DNA of 42,887 bases from Trichomonas gallinae (taxonomy: Eukaryota), in NCBI GenBank assembly GCA_008369845.1, contig MRSU01000203.1, positions 1 through 42,887 on the forward strand, in the 5' to 3' direction. The position numbers and the translations under genes are program-made. Shown one piece after another: positions 30,421 through 40,095 of this stretch (positions are counted from its first letter, which is position 1; every line of letters starts with the position of its first letter). Under the pieces are notes generated by a model, which did no database searches, was not told where the DNA came from, and saw only the letters and a list, made by a program, of their open reading frames with translations.

Positions 30421-31086
30421 TTAGTTGTCATCATCAACATTATCGACATATACAGGGATATAAACTCTCCATTGGTTGAAAACAGAGAAAAACTTGTTTG
30501 CGACTGTTTCTGGTTTGACTTTTGAGTGAATAATTGATCTACAACTCTCTGGGCTTGTATTAAGAAGGAAGTCTAAAACCTCGTCGAATGTTATGTTCGC
30601 ATGAAGATCAGTGAATGTTTTATAAATCCATTGCGCGAATGGCTGAGCTAGTCTATTTATGTGTAGTTTCTTAATTTCTGGGTGAATTTCAATTTCTTGT
30701 TCCAAAAAAAGCTCGTAATCCTGAACTGAGCCGAAAGAGAACTGAGTATTCGCAATTTTGAAATCTGAAAGGCTCTGTTTTGCAATGAAGCATTTATTGA
30801 TCCTTGCAAGAACGTTATTAAAAGGAACTTGATTATTTGTCCATAAAAACCAATTCGGTATCGGAGAAGCTGTCTGTGTTGCATTGCTTAAAATTTCCCC
30901 AACTTGATGCGTTAATCCTGTGGTTCCATCTAAAACTGTTGCGTGATTATCAATCATTCCTGTGTCATACCAGTATTGTAACATGCTGAAATCGAGCGGT
31001 CCAACTGATCCGATCCTATCGTCTTGGATACTATATGCATTTATCTTTCCAATCATGATTTGCGTCGGATTTTGATAATCACTCAT
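30421..31086 (-). CDS. GYF-like domain hypothetical protein
   Basis: The likely start is ATG 31086 after an A-run (the upstream extension is AT-rich and non-coding-like). SVGPLDFSMLQYWYDTGMI resembles the GYF pattern GPF...M..W...GYF. Confidence 0.65.
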   Translation of the reverse strand: MSDYQNPTQIMIGKINAYSIQDDRIGSVGPLDFSMLQYWYDTGMIDNHATVLDGTTGLTHQVGEILSNATQTASPIPNWFLWTNNQVPFNNVLARINKCFIAKQSLSDFKIANTQFSFGSVQDYELFLEQEIEIHPEIKKLHINRLAQPFAQWIYKTFTDLHANITFDEVLDFLLNTSPESCRSIIHSKVKPETVANKFFSVFNQWRVYIPVYVDNVDDDN

Positions 31087-31381
31087 TTTTTTTATTTTGT
31101 AAATTATATACATGTCAAATATTTTTATAATATTGACAGACTCTAAAAATATTATCAATATATTATACATCTTCTATTTTATCATATTTCATTCTTAATT
31201 TTGTTCAATAACTAATATACAAAAAGAGTTTTGTTATTCATTATCAAGCTTATAATTGTCCTCGTCTTGGCCTGTGTATCTAGATATTAATGTGTTTCTG
31301 ATAATTTACCAAATTTTTCCAATGATTAAAAATATGTCACTTTTTGCAAAAATTTTTATTATTTTTTTTCCAGAAAAAATT

Positions 31382-31879
31382 ATGAACGTCAACGAAATCA
31401 TGCAGCCAATCATTAAACTTAAGGAATCTTTAGAAGATCAAGTGATAAAAGCTGAGTTTTACAAAGAGAGTCTACAAAATACCGCAAAATCATTAATAAA
31501 TTAATAGATTATTTCAATAAATTAATCTTGAAGAGAAAGTATGCTTTCTTTTTAGAGTATTATTTGACAAAAGGAGAGTTGTGACAATTTCATCAAGTTT
31601 GTTGACGAATTATGCATTTGGGACGCCAATAATTATTATACTTTCTCAGCAGCGAAATCTATTTTTGTTTCACCGCAATTTATAAGATTCATTGAAAGTG
31701 TAGTCGAAACTATATCAGTTGATCTGACATTGATTGAAAAAGAAGATGATGCAATAAAATATTGGAATGAATTTACAGAAAACTTCAAATCGAAAATTTC
31801 CCACATAAATTACTTATCTTATACAATACTTAAAAAGAATTATGCCGTTGAAATGCTAAAAAAGCATTTATTGAATTAG
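31382..31879 (+). pseudogene. Frameshifted hypothetical gene (two frameshifts)
   Basis: ATG 31382 lies downstream of GTCACTTT (31336). Frame 1 stops at 31502 at a TTAATAAA/TTAATAGA duplication, frame 2 (LIDYFNKLILKRKYAFFLEYYLT) shifts at the A-run near 31570, and frame 3 (KESCDNFIKFVDELCIWD...KHLLN*) runs to TAG 31879. Confidence 0.6.
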
Positions 31880-31976
31880 CAATACAATCTCCTTTAATTT
31901 ATGGACTTTATCCTGTTGAAATAGCACTAACAACTGAAAATGAACAAATAATACTTGATGCTGAAGTTATAATCGA

Positions 31977-32445
31977 TCAAATCAATGCATTGACATCTAT
32001 ACCAGGAGCTGTGAAAAGGAGTTTGACAATTTCAGGTTTACCAAACTTTGAAGCAATTATTAAAGCTGTCTTGTCGTAATCAGCTTTTACATTGATATCT
32101 ATTTCAGGCACTGTGAGATTATTTGACAACTTCATGATGACCATTATATGAAGCCCAAAACAAAGCTGTCCTGCTGAAACTGCTTTTTGTGTTGACATCA
32201 ATTCCAGGAACTATCAGAAGGTATTTGACTACATTGCGAAACCCCATTTGATGAGGCAACAACCAAAGCTTCATTCAAATTTAGATCTAATTATGGAATT
32301 TTGACAAAATATTTAATTTTTGAAATATCATCGATAGAATGTATTGAATCATATTCGATGCATTTGCCAAAGTTATTGAGATGTGTGTTCCTATAGCAAT
32401 CATTGTGTGTATCGATTGAACATTGCCATCGTTAATATCATCCAT
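31977..32445 (-). pseudogene. Ankyrin-repeat pseudogene
   Basis: Broken frames encode ankyrin repeats: EALVVASSNG, NVVKYLLIVPGIDVNTKSSFSRTALFWASYNGHHEVVK*, and VPEIDINVKADYDKTALIIASKFGKPEIVKLLFTAPGIDVNA. Putative original ATG at 32445. Confidence 0.8.
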
Positions 32446-32646
32446 TTTTTACATGTCAAAAAAGTTAAAAGAAAGTCGGGTCTGATTAAATTAAGCAGGG
32501 GTCACGAAATATAAATTTTGGTGTATATAGCATAGAAATATGATTTATATTTTAGATTTGTTGCATTTGGTGGATTTTGATGAGTTTTTTTATGCAAATT
32601 TGAAATAAATTATGATTTTTTGATAAAAAAAGGAAAATGAGTGGTT

Positions 32647-34023
32647 TTACCATTCCTCGGATGATTCATCATTGCTTTCATCTTCTGACTCTGACTCTTT
32701 GACAGCCGCACGAATCGAAGCCATGTACTGTAAAAGCTCACCTGTTGAGAGCTGGTTAGGATCGATCTCCTTTGGCTTGATTTCATCCTTAGGCCTGCTG
32801 TTAGGATCAGCCTTCTTGAGCTTGAAGTTTCCTGCTTTGATTAGATCCAAGTGGCTGGCAGCTGAGCCTCCTGTATTCGTTGGTGGAGGTGGTGGTGGGA
32901 GTCCAGATGGTGCCTTCGGTGGCGGTGGGGCAGAAGGAGCTGGAGGAGGTGGTGGTGGCGGTGGTGCAGCTGGTGGAGGAGGAGCTGCAACTGGTGGAGG
33001 TGGAGCAGCTGCCGGTGGAGGTGGAGCTGCAGCAGCTGGCGGCGGTGGTGATGCTGCCTTGGAATGATGATCTTTCTTGAATATATTCCATTTCGAAGAT
33101 TTCGATTTGGAATCTTTTGATGGAGAAGGTGAAATCTGTGGAGTTGGAGCTTCTGGAGGTGGAGCTGCAGCTGGAGCTGGATGGGGAGCTTCTTGGACTG
33201 GAATTGCCCTTGGTGGTGGTCTTGGTGTCCTCTTGCGTTGATCTGGTGTTGTGAGAGTGGCTGCTTTGACTGTTGTTGCAGCAAAGGCGACATCTTCGCC
33301 GACAATATTGAAAGCCGTCTTGAACTCGAGTGGAGTTCTCCAGTTCTGTGTGTGTCCTTCCGGTGGTGGCTGCAAGAGAAGCGTTGGAAGTGGTAAGAAT
33401 TTGGAAATCATGACATTAAGTGGCTGTTCGTATTTTCCTTCGTTTTCTTCAGCTTTGCGTCTCTTCCTGCCTTCGCCTCTGTGCTTCTGGTTAACCAAGT
33501 TCTGGCAATCACGAAGCATTTCTTCTCTGAACATTCTCATGAACTCAGGTGGGTTCGAAATGAACTTGTCAAGGTTCTGGTAATCTGGAATGAGAGGTTT
33601 CCATGCTGCGAGAGTTGGAGCTGGACGAGAAATTAAATACAGATTCTTAACAAGTGTGTTTTTGATATCCATTTTGACTGTATCTTGGCTTGGAGGAATC
33701 TCACCATGAAGCCATCTGCATGGGTTGTTGTTGAACTGATCTGCTGTGATTCTCATAACTTGATTAAAAGCTGTAGCGATTTTAGGCTTGATTGCTTGGA
33801 CTCTAGAGTTAATGGATGTGAATCTCGATTGTACTTGTTCGAATTCTTGTGTAATGTCATTGAAAATTGTGTTCGCAAGAATTTCGAATTCATCGAGATG
33901 CTGCATCAAGCCAATTGCGTAGTAGTATCCAAGGCCGTTGAAGAGCTTTATTGGATCCTCTGTCATGAACTTCTTAGGTTCAGTGACAAGCGAAAAAGGA
34001 GTCATAGAGATTCCAGGGAACAT
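32647..34023 (-). CDS. WAVE: SCAR/WAVE-family Arp2/3 nucleation-promoting factor
   Basis: WHD-like N-terminus (GLMQHLDEFEILANTIFNDI; KFISNPPEFMRMFREEMLRD), basic stretch RKRRK, poly-proline region, WH2 HLDLIKAGNFKLKK, central helix, and an acidic tail ending in W. Confidence 0.85.
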   Translation of the reverse strand: MFPGISMTPFSLVTEPKKFMTEDPIKLFNGLGYYYAIGLMQHLDEFEILANTIFNDITQEFEQVQSRFTSINSRVQAIKPKIATAFNQVMRITADQFNNNPCRWLHGEIPPSQDTVKMDIKNTLVKNLYLISRPAPTLAAWKPLIPDYQNLDKFISNPPEFMRMFREEMLRDCQNLVNQKHRGEGRKRRKAEENEGKYEQPLNVMISKFLPLPTLLLQPPPEGHTQNWRTPLEFKTAFNIVGEDVAFAATTVKAATLTTPDQRKRTPRPPPRAIPVQEAPHPAPAAAPPPEAPTPQISPSPSKDSKSKSSKWNIFKKDHHSKAASPPPPAAAAPPPPAAAPPPPVAAPPPPAAPPPPPPPPAPSAPPPPKAPSGLPPPPPPTNTGGSAASHLDLIKAGNFKLKKADPNSRPKDEIKPKEIDPNQLSTGELLQYMASIRAAVKESESEDESNDESSEEW

Positions 34024-34068
34024 TTTTTATTTTTGATTTTTTATTTCAATTTTTTGTTATGTTTTTAA

Positions 34069-34152
34069 TAATATACATAACAGATTTTTTCGTAATATAC
34101 ATAACATAAAGCAGATTATTTCATAATATACATAACATAAAACAGATTTTTT
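34069..34152 (+). repeat. Three tandem copies of TAATATACATAA(CATAAAR)CAGATT(A/T)TTT in the SCAR/WAVE promoter
   Basis: TAATATACATAAC starts at 34069, 34093 and 34124. Confidence 0.8.
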
Positions 34153-34756
34153 GTTTTTTATATAATTGAGAAGTTTACATTGATTATGTCATATCACTTC
34201 ACATCGACTTCGTTTGTCTTGATTTCTTGTTTTAAAAAATCTATGACATATTTGCATTAAAAATATAACTAAATTTGGAAAATGTAATGGATCGTCGTCA
34301 CTTTTTGGGATAATTGAAATATCTAATATTTACTAACCTATGAACCATCCAATGATCAAAATTAAATTTCGGAACTAATTCAAATTTCCTAACTATTCAA
34401 TTTTAAAATACCATAATATTGGTCATTATCTTATATATTATATATTATCTTTTATTTTTTATCTGAATTGTAAAAATATTTTCCATTTTTTGATATTATA
34501 TTTCTGTATAATTCATGTATATACATATAATTTTAAAAGCATTGAATCGGTTCATGTTTATTGATGATTACAAAAATGAAAATGTTTAAAATGCTCGAAA
34601 AAACATGTATATCCTTGATCTAAAGTTTTTCTTCTGAATGTTGATCAATGATAAATATAATTATCTTATGAATATAATTATTTGAATTTTATTAATAAAC
34701 AATAATGAAAATTTATATGTATAATAATGTACTGTATAGACAAAGTATTAACAATA

Positions 34757-36712
34757 TTAGTCGGTATCTTCCATAAAGAACGATTTTGCGTATTTCCAAA
34801 TTATATTTGTGACTTTTTCTTCACTTCTTTGTGGTAATGTAACTGTATGGAGGTTATGCATGAAGTCTGAGGATGAAGGAAGCCTCTTGTGGCTGTCTTC
34901 GACCATTCTTTGTGTAAATGTTGTTTCTGATTGAGTAGATTGCTTCATCATTCTTAAGTTTCCATACATAACCGAGAAGAGCCTTTCATTCTGCTCAGTG
35001 TCGATTTGAACAAGTTCTTCTACAAGTGATTGAGCAGGTTTTCCGAATGTTTTTAGGACTAAATCTTTGTCCAAATCATCACCGAGCCACAGCCATGTTG
35101 AAAATCCATTATCAAGAAGCAACAATTTGCCTTTTGTGCATTGAGATTCCATTAATCTTCTTTCTGTTATTTCTCCGCCATGCCAAACGAAAGCAGTTAT
35201 GTCCTTGAGCTTAGGATAACCGCATAAAGCGACAGCTTCCGGTGGTTTCGCTGATAAAAGAGACATTTGCACTGCTCTCTCATCGTATGAGATACATTGC
35301 ATAAAAACAGTGGATTTAAGTATACCAAGGCAGCGAACAACCAGCCAATCAAGACTTTTTGGAAGAACAATGCTGGATAATCTTCTTGGTGATCTGCTGA
35401 CATTCACTCTGTAGCTCATGAATATTGGCTTGAGAAATGCAAGGCATAACTCCTTGAGATGATCGATTTCTGTGTCGATTAAGAAAAGATTTATCAAAGA
35501 ATTTGTAATATATTTGAGAATTGCGTTTTGATCGCAATTCCTGAATATCTCCTGTAAGTCTGATGTGTTTGTGATTGTCTTGTTGTTAACATTTATAGAA
35601 GAAGAACCATCTAATTCGAATTTTGTAATTACAAGTTGTGCATGAACATTTGCGACATTTTCTTGTTTGAATCCGAAAGGGAATACTAATGATTCGCCTT
35701 TTAAGACTGAAAAATGAGTGTGAGAATGTTGAGATGTGCCAAGTGACGGTAAAATGGTTTCTGCACCTGTAAGATATAGTTTGCATGTAAGCCTTGGCTG
35801 GAAGAAGCGTTCTAATGCAGAATAAAACGTGTTAAAACCGGTTTTAGAAATATATTCGCATCTTCCTCCAGTTTCTGAGCAAAAGCGAGCAAATGATGCG
35901 CAATCAATAAGAGTAGAACCACCTGGCGCAATGAGCATACTCAAATTAACATTAAATTGCTTATAAAGAGTGATTAATGGAGAAAGCTCTTCATAGTTGA
36001 CACCACGAAGACTTAGACCTTCTGCTTGCATACTTGGAACTTTGAAATCTTTCTTTTCATCAGGTCTGTATGAAACAGCTGCGAAAACACGACCTCCAGG
36101 TCCGACACTTTTAATCGCTGTTTCTAAAGCAGAAACTGTATATGGTCCTTTGCGTGTGCCGTTGTATTTCTGAAATAGAGCGAGTGATGGTAATTCTTTG
36201 AGGAAATATTTAGGAGGAATGATTGAATCTTCTAAATCAACGAATGTTGAAATCGATCCATTCGGTCCAAGTACATTTAGAGTATCTGTAAGTAAAGCAA
36301 CGCAAACATTAGTGATTTTTCCTGCTAAAAGCGTTTCTAAGTCTTCATAAATTCTTGGAAGAAGACCGGTTGAAATTGCAGAAGAAGTTCCATCGATAAT
36401 GATCATAGTTTTCGATGGTTTGAGATCTGTAGACTCCAATTCGCAGTTATCTTGAATATTTATATTTTCGATTGGTAAGTTATTCATTGTATTACAAAAA
36501 TTGCACTTCCATGTTCTTGTCTGTAAGTCAACATTCGAACTTGGACATATAAAAGCATTGCATTGAGTACATTTGCATAATTTTGTTCGTGTATACTCAA
36601 TATTGGACAATAATGGGTTAATTACTACAGCAGGAGGTATTTCCGCCAATGAGCGCTGTTGTAGAGTCGTTCCATAGCTATTCGTCGTGAACCGGATTGG
36701 CTCTGTTTCCAT
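34757..36712 (-). CDS. Sec24-like (Sec23/Sec24 family) COPII coat protein
   Basis: Zinc finger CTQCNAFI...WKCNFC, trunk IIIDGTSSAISTG and FCSETGG, helical IVLPKSL...CLGILKS, and gelsolin-like LLDNGFSTWLWLG. The likely start is ATG 36712. Confidence 0.88.
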   Translation of the reverse strand: METEPIRFTTNSYGTTLQQRSLAEIPPAVVINPLLSNIEYTRTKLCKCTQCNAFICPSSNVDLQTRTWKCNFCNTMNNLPIENINIQDNCELESTDLKPSKTMIIIDGTSSAISTGLLPRIYEDLETLLAGKITNVCVALLTDTLNVLGPNGSISTFVDLEDSIIPPKYFLKELPSLALFQKYNGTRKGPYTVSALETAIKSVGPGGRVFAAVSYRPDEKKDFKVPSMQAEGLSLRGVNYEELSPLITLYKQFNVNLSMLIAPGGSTLIDCASFARFCSETGGRCEYISKTGFNTFYSALERFFQPRLTCKLYLTGAETILPSLGTSQHSHTHFSVLKGESLVFPFGFKQENVANVHAQLVITKFELDGSSSINVNNKTITNTSDLQEIFRNCDQNAILKYITNSLINLFLIDTEIDHLKELCLAFLKPIFMSYRVNVSRSPRRLSSIVLPKSLDWLVVRCLGILKSTVFMQCISYDERAVQMSLLSAKPPEAVALCGYPKLKDITAFVWHGGEITERRLMESQCTKGKLLLLDNGFSTWLWLGDDLDKDLVLKTFGKPAQSLVEELVQIDTEQNERLFSVMYGNLRMMKQSTQSETTFTQRMVEDSHKRLPSSSDFMHNLHTVTLPQRSEEKVTNIIWKYAKSFFMEDTD

Positions 36713-37312
36713 CGAAATTTTTTTTTTTATATCTACAAAAAAATTGATTTTATCTTCGATATAATCAATCATTAGTAAACTCTTTTAAAAATCATTAATT
36801 CATTTCCATACTTAGAATATCCATTCTATGGGTCTAATAGTATAATGATCAAAGGTAGAACAAGGTGGAAGATTATATAAATATCGAGAAAAATCAAAAA
36901 GAAAATTCATTAAAAATATAACCTTATTTCTGCGTTCATTTGTCTTGCAACAAAAAACTTTATATGATAATGATTAACAATTTATGATATTATAAAATGA
37001 TAGTTTACTTCAGTATCCATCACTTTATCGTATAACGTTTTGATGTTTATGAAATTCATATCGAGATAATCTAATAATGAAATTTAACTAATAAAAATTG
37101 TTTTTTATGAAAGTTTTGATATTTATATATGGTATTTATGAATGATTTTTCAATATCAGTAGGAAATAATGAGTTTTTTTCATGCATAATTTTTTCGATC
37201 GAAAAATATAAATATGTGAAAATTTATCAAATTTCATTGATTTTTGAAAAAATCGCAAAAATTCGGGAAATTAAAATCATAGAATTAGATTAGTTTTAGG
37301 AGATGTATCCAA

Positions 37313-38974
37313 ATGGCACAAGAAAAATATGAAAATCACTTCATTTTCTTTTTGACGACGAGTGCTATACTTCCCCAACACGATTTGGCCTGGCTTCGCC
37401 AGTGGAATATCATTTTCGAATCGCTAGATAGTTCACTGGTCCTCTACAATCCATCGTCAAGACAAGTTAGAACTGTTGCAAGAACAGATTTGGATCATAT
37501 CGCGCCACCAATACAATATTCGGCCCACAACTACTTCCAGATCCTCAAAGACCTTTTCAGATCAAACTTACCATTGCCGCCACCACTCACAGACTTCCTT
37601 ATGAACGGATATTTCGATAAATTTTTCCCAATTAGAAAGAAAATCGGACATGGCAGCTATGGAAGTGTTTACAAGGTTGAGCATTTCCTCGCTGGCATAC
37701 ATTTAGCTGAATACGCCGTTAAAATCGTCCCAGTTGGTGAATTTAATTGGCTTAGGAGAGCTTTAAAGGAAGTTAAACTCCTGGAACAGCTTTCTGAGTC
37801 ACCGCATCCTTTCGTTTTATCATACAAACACTGCTGGATCGAAGAATGGCAGACGGCAACTTTCGGTCCGAAAGTTCCTTGTTTGTTTATTTTAATGGAA
37901 TATTCTCAACTGGGAAGCCTGGAATCTTACATATATATCGATAAATCACGCGGATTAGAAATTCGACAATTGAAAAACGACGAAATTTGGCAAATATTCC
38001 TCAGCATAGCTATTGCATTGAAGCACTTGCATGACTGCGGAATTTTACATCGCGATCTTAAATTATCGAATGTATTGGCATTTAATGATTCGCATTATAG
38101 GCCTTTGCCTATGAGATTCGCGCTCTGTGACTTCGGAACAGCAACTTCTACAAGCTATTCTCCAGATATTGTTGATAAAAGAACAGGTGCTACTGGCACA
38201 ATCGAAACTATGGCTCCAGAGCTGCTTTCTCAGACATCAAACGGCGAATTTAAGTACGTACATACGAAATCAAGCGACATTTGGTCACTCGGCGTCATAT
38301 TATTCACACTTTTCACAAGAAAATCTCCTTTCATCCGCGAAAACGGCGAAGAACTGCTTCGCAATTTCACCGATGTTGACACTCTAGCAGATATATTACA
38401 CTTAGAAATCGACAGATCGTCGATAGAATGGGAATGGATTAGAAAATTCATGGTTTCGAAACCAAATCGTAGAGGCACGCTAGAAGAATTGTTCAATAAC
38501 AGGCTTATTCGCAATAAAACAAAGCAATTTGGCTTTGACGGACTTTTAGAGAAACCTCAATTTTCTCATGTTGTCATTACATCTCCATCTATCGACGACT
38601 TTAATCAGAGTATTCCTCTTGCTCTTACACTTGACGGGCATACAAATGAAAGCGAATCACATTTTAATGTAAGATCTGATTCACTTGATGAATTAAGACC
38701 AAAAGAACCAACTACAGAAGCAAAGTGGAAGCTTGCTGATATCGCAATTTTGCTATTAGCATGTCTTTCAATCAGTCATCAAAATATTCCTTACAAAATT
38801 GTTCATATTTTAATAATTGCGACGGCATTTTGGATTTTATCCAAAAATAGAGTTGCAGCACTCGCAATTCCATTAATTGTTGCACTTGAATCTCTTCTTG
38901 GATTTTCTTCAGTCAATGTCTTCTTATTCTTGCTGATTCTCATCCAGGCCCTGAGGATTTCTCAATGCTACTAG
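37313..38974 (+). CDS. IKS1-family Ser/Thr protein kinase with C-terminal transmembrane segments; start uncertain (ATG 37313 or TTG 37352)
   Basis: GHGSYGSV, YAVKIVPVG, HRDLKLSN, DFG and APE are intact. IKS1-typical motifs LVLYNP, GYFDKFF and FGPKVPCLFILMEY. Hydrophobic C-terminus. Confidence 0.88.
   Translation: MAQEKYENHFIFFLTTSAILPQHDLAWLRQWNIIFESLDSSLVLYNPSSRQVRTVARTDLDHIAPPIQYSAHNYFQILKDLFRSNLPLPPPLTDFLMNGYFDKFFPIRKKIGHGSYGSVYKVEHFLAGIHLAEYAVKIVPVGEFNWLRRALKEVKLLEQLSESPHPFVLSYKHCWIEEWQTATFGPKVPCLFILMEYSQLGSLESYIYIDKSRGLEIRQLKNDEIWQIFLSIAIALKHLHDCGILHRDLKLSNVLAFNDSHYRPLPMRFALCDFGTATSTSYSPDIVDKRTGATGTIETMAPELLSQTSNGEFKYVHTKSSDIWSLGVILFTLFTRKSPFIRENGEELLRNFTDVDTLADILHLEIDRSSIEWEWIRKFMVSKPNRRGTLEELFNNRLIRNKTKQFGFDGLLEKPQFSHVVITSPSIDDFNQSIPLALTLDGHTNESESHFNVRSDSLDELRPKEPTTEAKWKLADIAILLLACLSISHQNIPYKIVHILIIATAFWILSKNRVAALAIPLIVALESLLGFSSVNVFLFLLILIQALRISQCY
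37336..37345 (+). promoter_or_regulatory. Tandem initiator elements TCACT-TCATT
   Basis: Back-to-back matches to the trichomonad Inr TCA(C/T)(T/A), followed by a T-run. Confidence 0.5.
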
Positions 38975-39122
38975 TAATATTATTTATATTGTTTATATTA
39001 TTTTAAATTTTTAATATATTGTTTTGATAATTAATAGCAGTGTTAATTCTGCATAAAAATATCATTCCAATTTATAATATATGCTAAACACAATCTAATA
39101 TTTATTATAAAATATCAAAATA

Positions 39123-40046
39123 TTACCAAGTCTTCATTAGGATAGAATTAGTTTCGTAGGCTGCGACAACATCGTAACCAAAGTGCTTCTCAAAGGCTTT
39201 GCAGCATTTATCTCTTTTTTCTCTATGTTTTGAACCAAAACTAATTCCAAAGAAGCCAAGATGTATAACATCCAGTTTAATGGCGATTGGTGACTTCTTA
39301 TATTCATGTTGTACAATGTAATTCATTAATAAATCATCACAATTTCTTAATTGAACGCACATATCAACTAATTCTTTGTACTCTGGCTTAAAATAGGATT
39401 CGAGCATTTTAACATTCAAAAATACGAAATTTGTGATAACCATATTGTAAGATCTGTCGTATTCGAAAATGTGGTAGTGCTCATTTCTATATGCACGTGT
39501 TCTAAGTCCGAAAAGTCTGTCTGTGTAGTTATTTTTCTTGTAAATTACAAAAGCGCGATCGAGTTCTGAGCCTTTGATGACTAAATCATCATCCATAACC
39601 AAAACAGTATCTGTGGAAAGGTTCTTTGGGGCGAGAAATCTATCTACAATAAAGCCAGAGACTGTTGGAAAGATTGTTAATGGAATATGTCCATCATTTG
39701 GCTTAAATCCGAAGAATTCTATATCTGGCAATGGATTTTTCCTATCCACCCAGTAAATAAATATTTCTTTTAAGTGTGGGCACTGTCCGTAAGCAAGTCT
39801 CTTTAATTGCTGACGAATTAACTTTTTTCTTGGAAAATGTGTTGCTATAATTAACGAAAATTTGTCATCTACGCCTGCAAATTCAGGATAATCTTCTAGT
39901 AGCTCTGCTTGCATATAAAAACTCTTGAATAAGAGATACATGACGAAAACCATGCATGACAGGCAAACAGAAACAAGTGGAATAGCTCTCCTGTAGTTAG
40001 GAACTTGTCCTTGCTTCAATAAAAAAAGTTTTAAAAATTGTTGCAT
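39123..40046 (-). CDS. Glycosyltransferase family 64 (EXTL2/exostosin C-terminal-like), type II membrane protein
   Basis: N-terminal TM followed by GT64 motifs RFLAPKNLSTDTVLVMDDD, YNMVITNFVF, RNCDDLLMNY and HREKRDKCCKAFEKHFG. Confidence 0.88.
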   Translation of the reverse strand: MQQFLKLFLLKQGQVPNYRRAIPLVSVCLSCMVFVMYLLFKSFYMQAELLEDYPEFAGVDDKFSLIIATHFPRKKLIRQQLKRLAYGQCPHLKEIFIYWVDRKNPLPDIEFFGFKPNDGHIPLTIFPTVSGFIVDRFLAPKNLSTDTVLVMDDDLVIKGSELDRAFVIYKKNNYTDRLFGLRTRAYRNEHYHIFEYDRSYNMVITNFVFLNVKMLESYFKPEYKELVDMCVQLRNCDDLLMNYIVQHEYKKSPIAIKLDVIHLGFFGISFGSKHREKRDKCCKAFEKHFGYDVVAAYETNSILMKTW

Positions 40047-40095
40047 TTTGTGAAAAAAGTACCACAAAATTTTAGAAAAGTGACAAATCAAAATC

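Noticed and set aside
31490..31590. Spliceosomal intron explaining the frameshifts
   Set aside because: No trichomonad intron signature (GT...ACTAAC..AG) seen here or noticed elsewhere in the window.
32672..34068. Several overlapping ORFs over SCAR/WAVE (Gly/Ala-rich, Gln/His-rich)
   Set aside because: Shadow frames of the poly-proline codons, with no independent coding signal.
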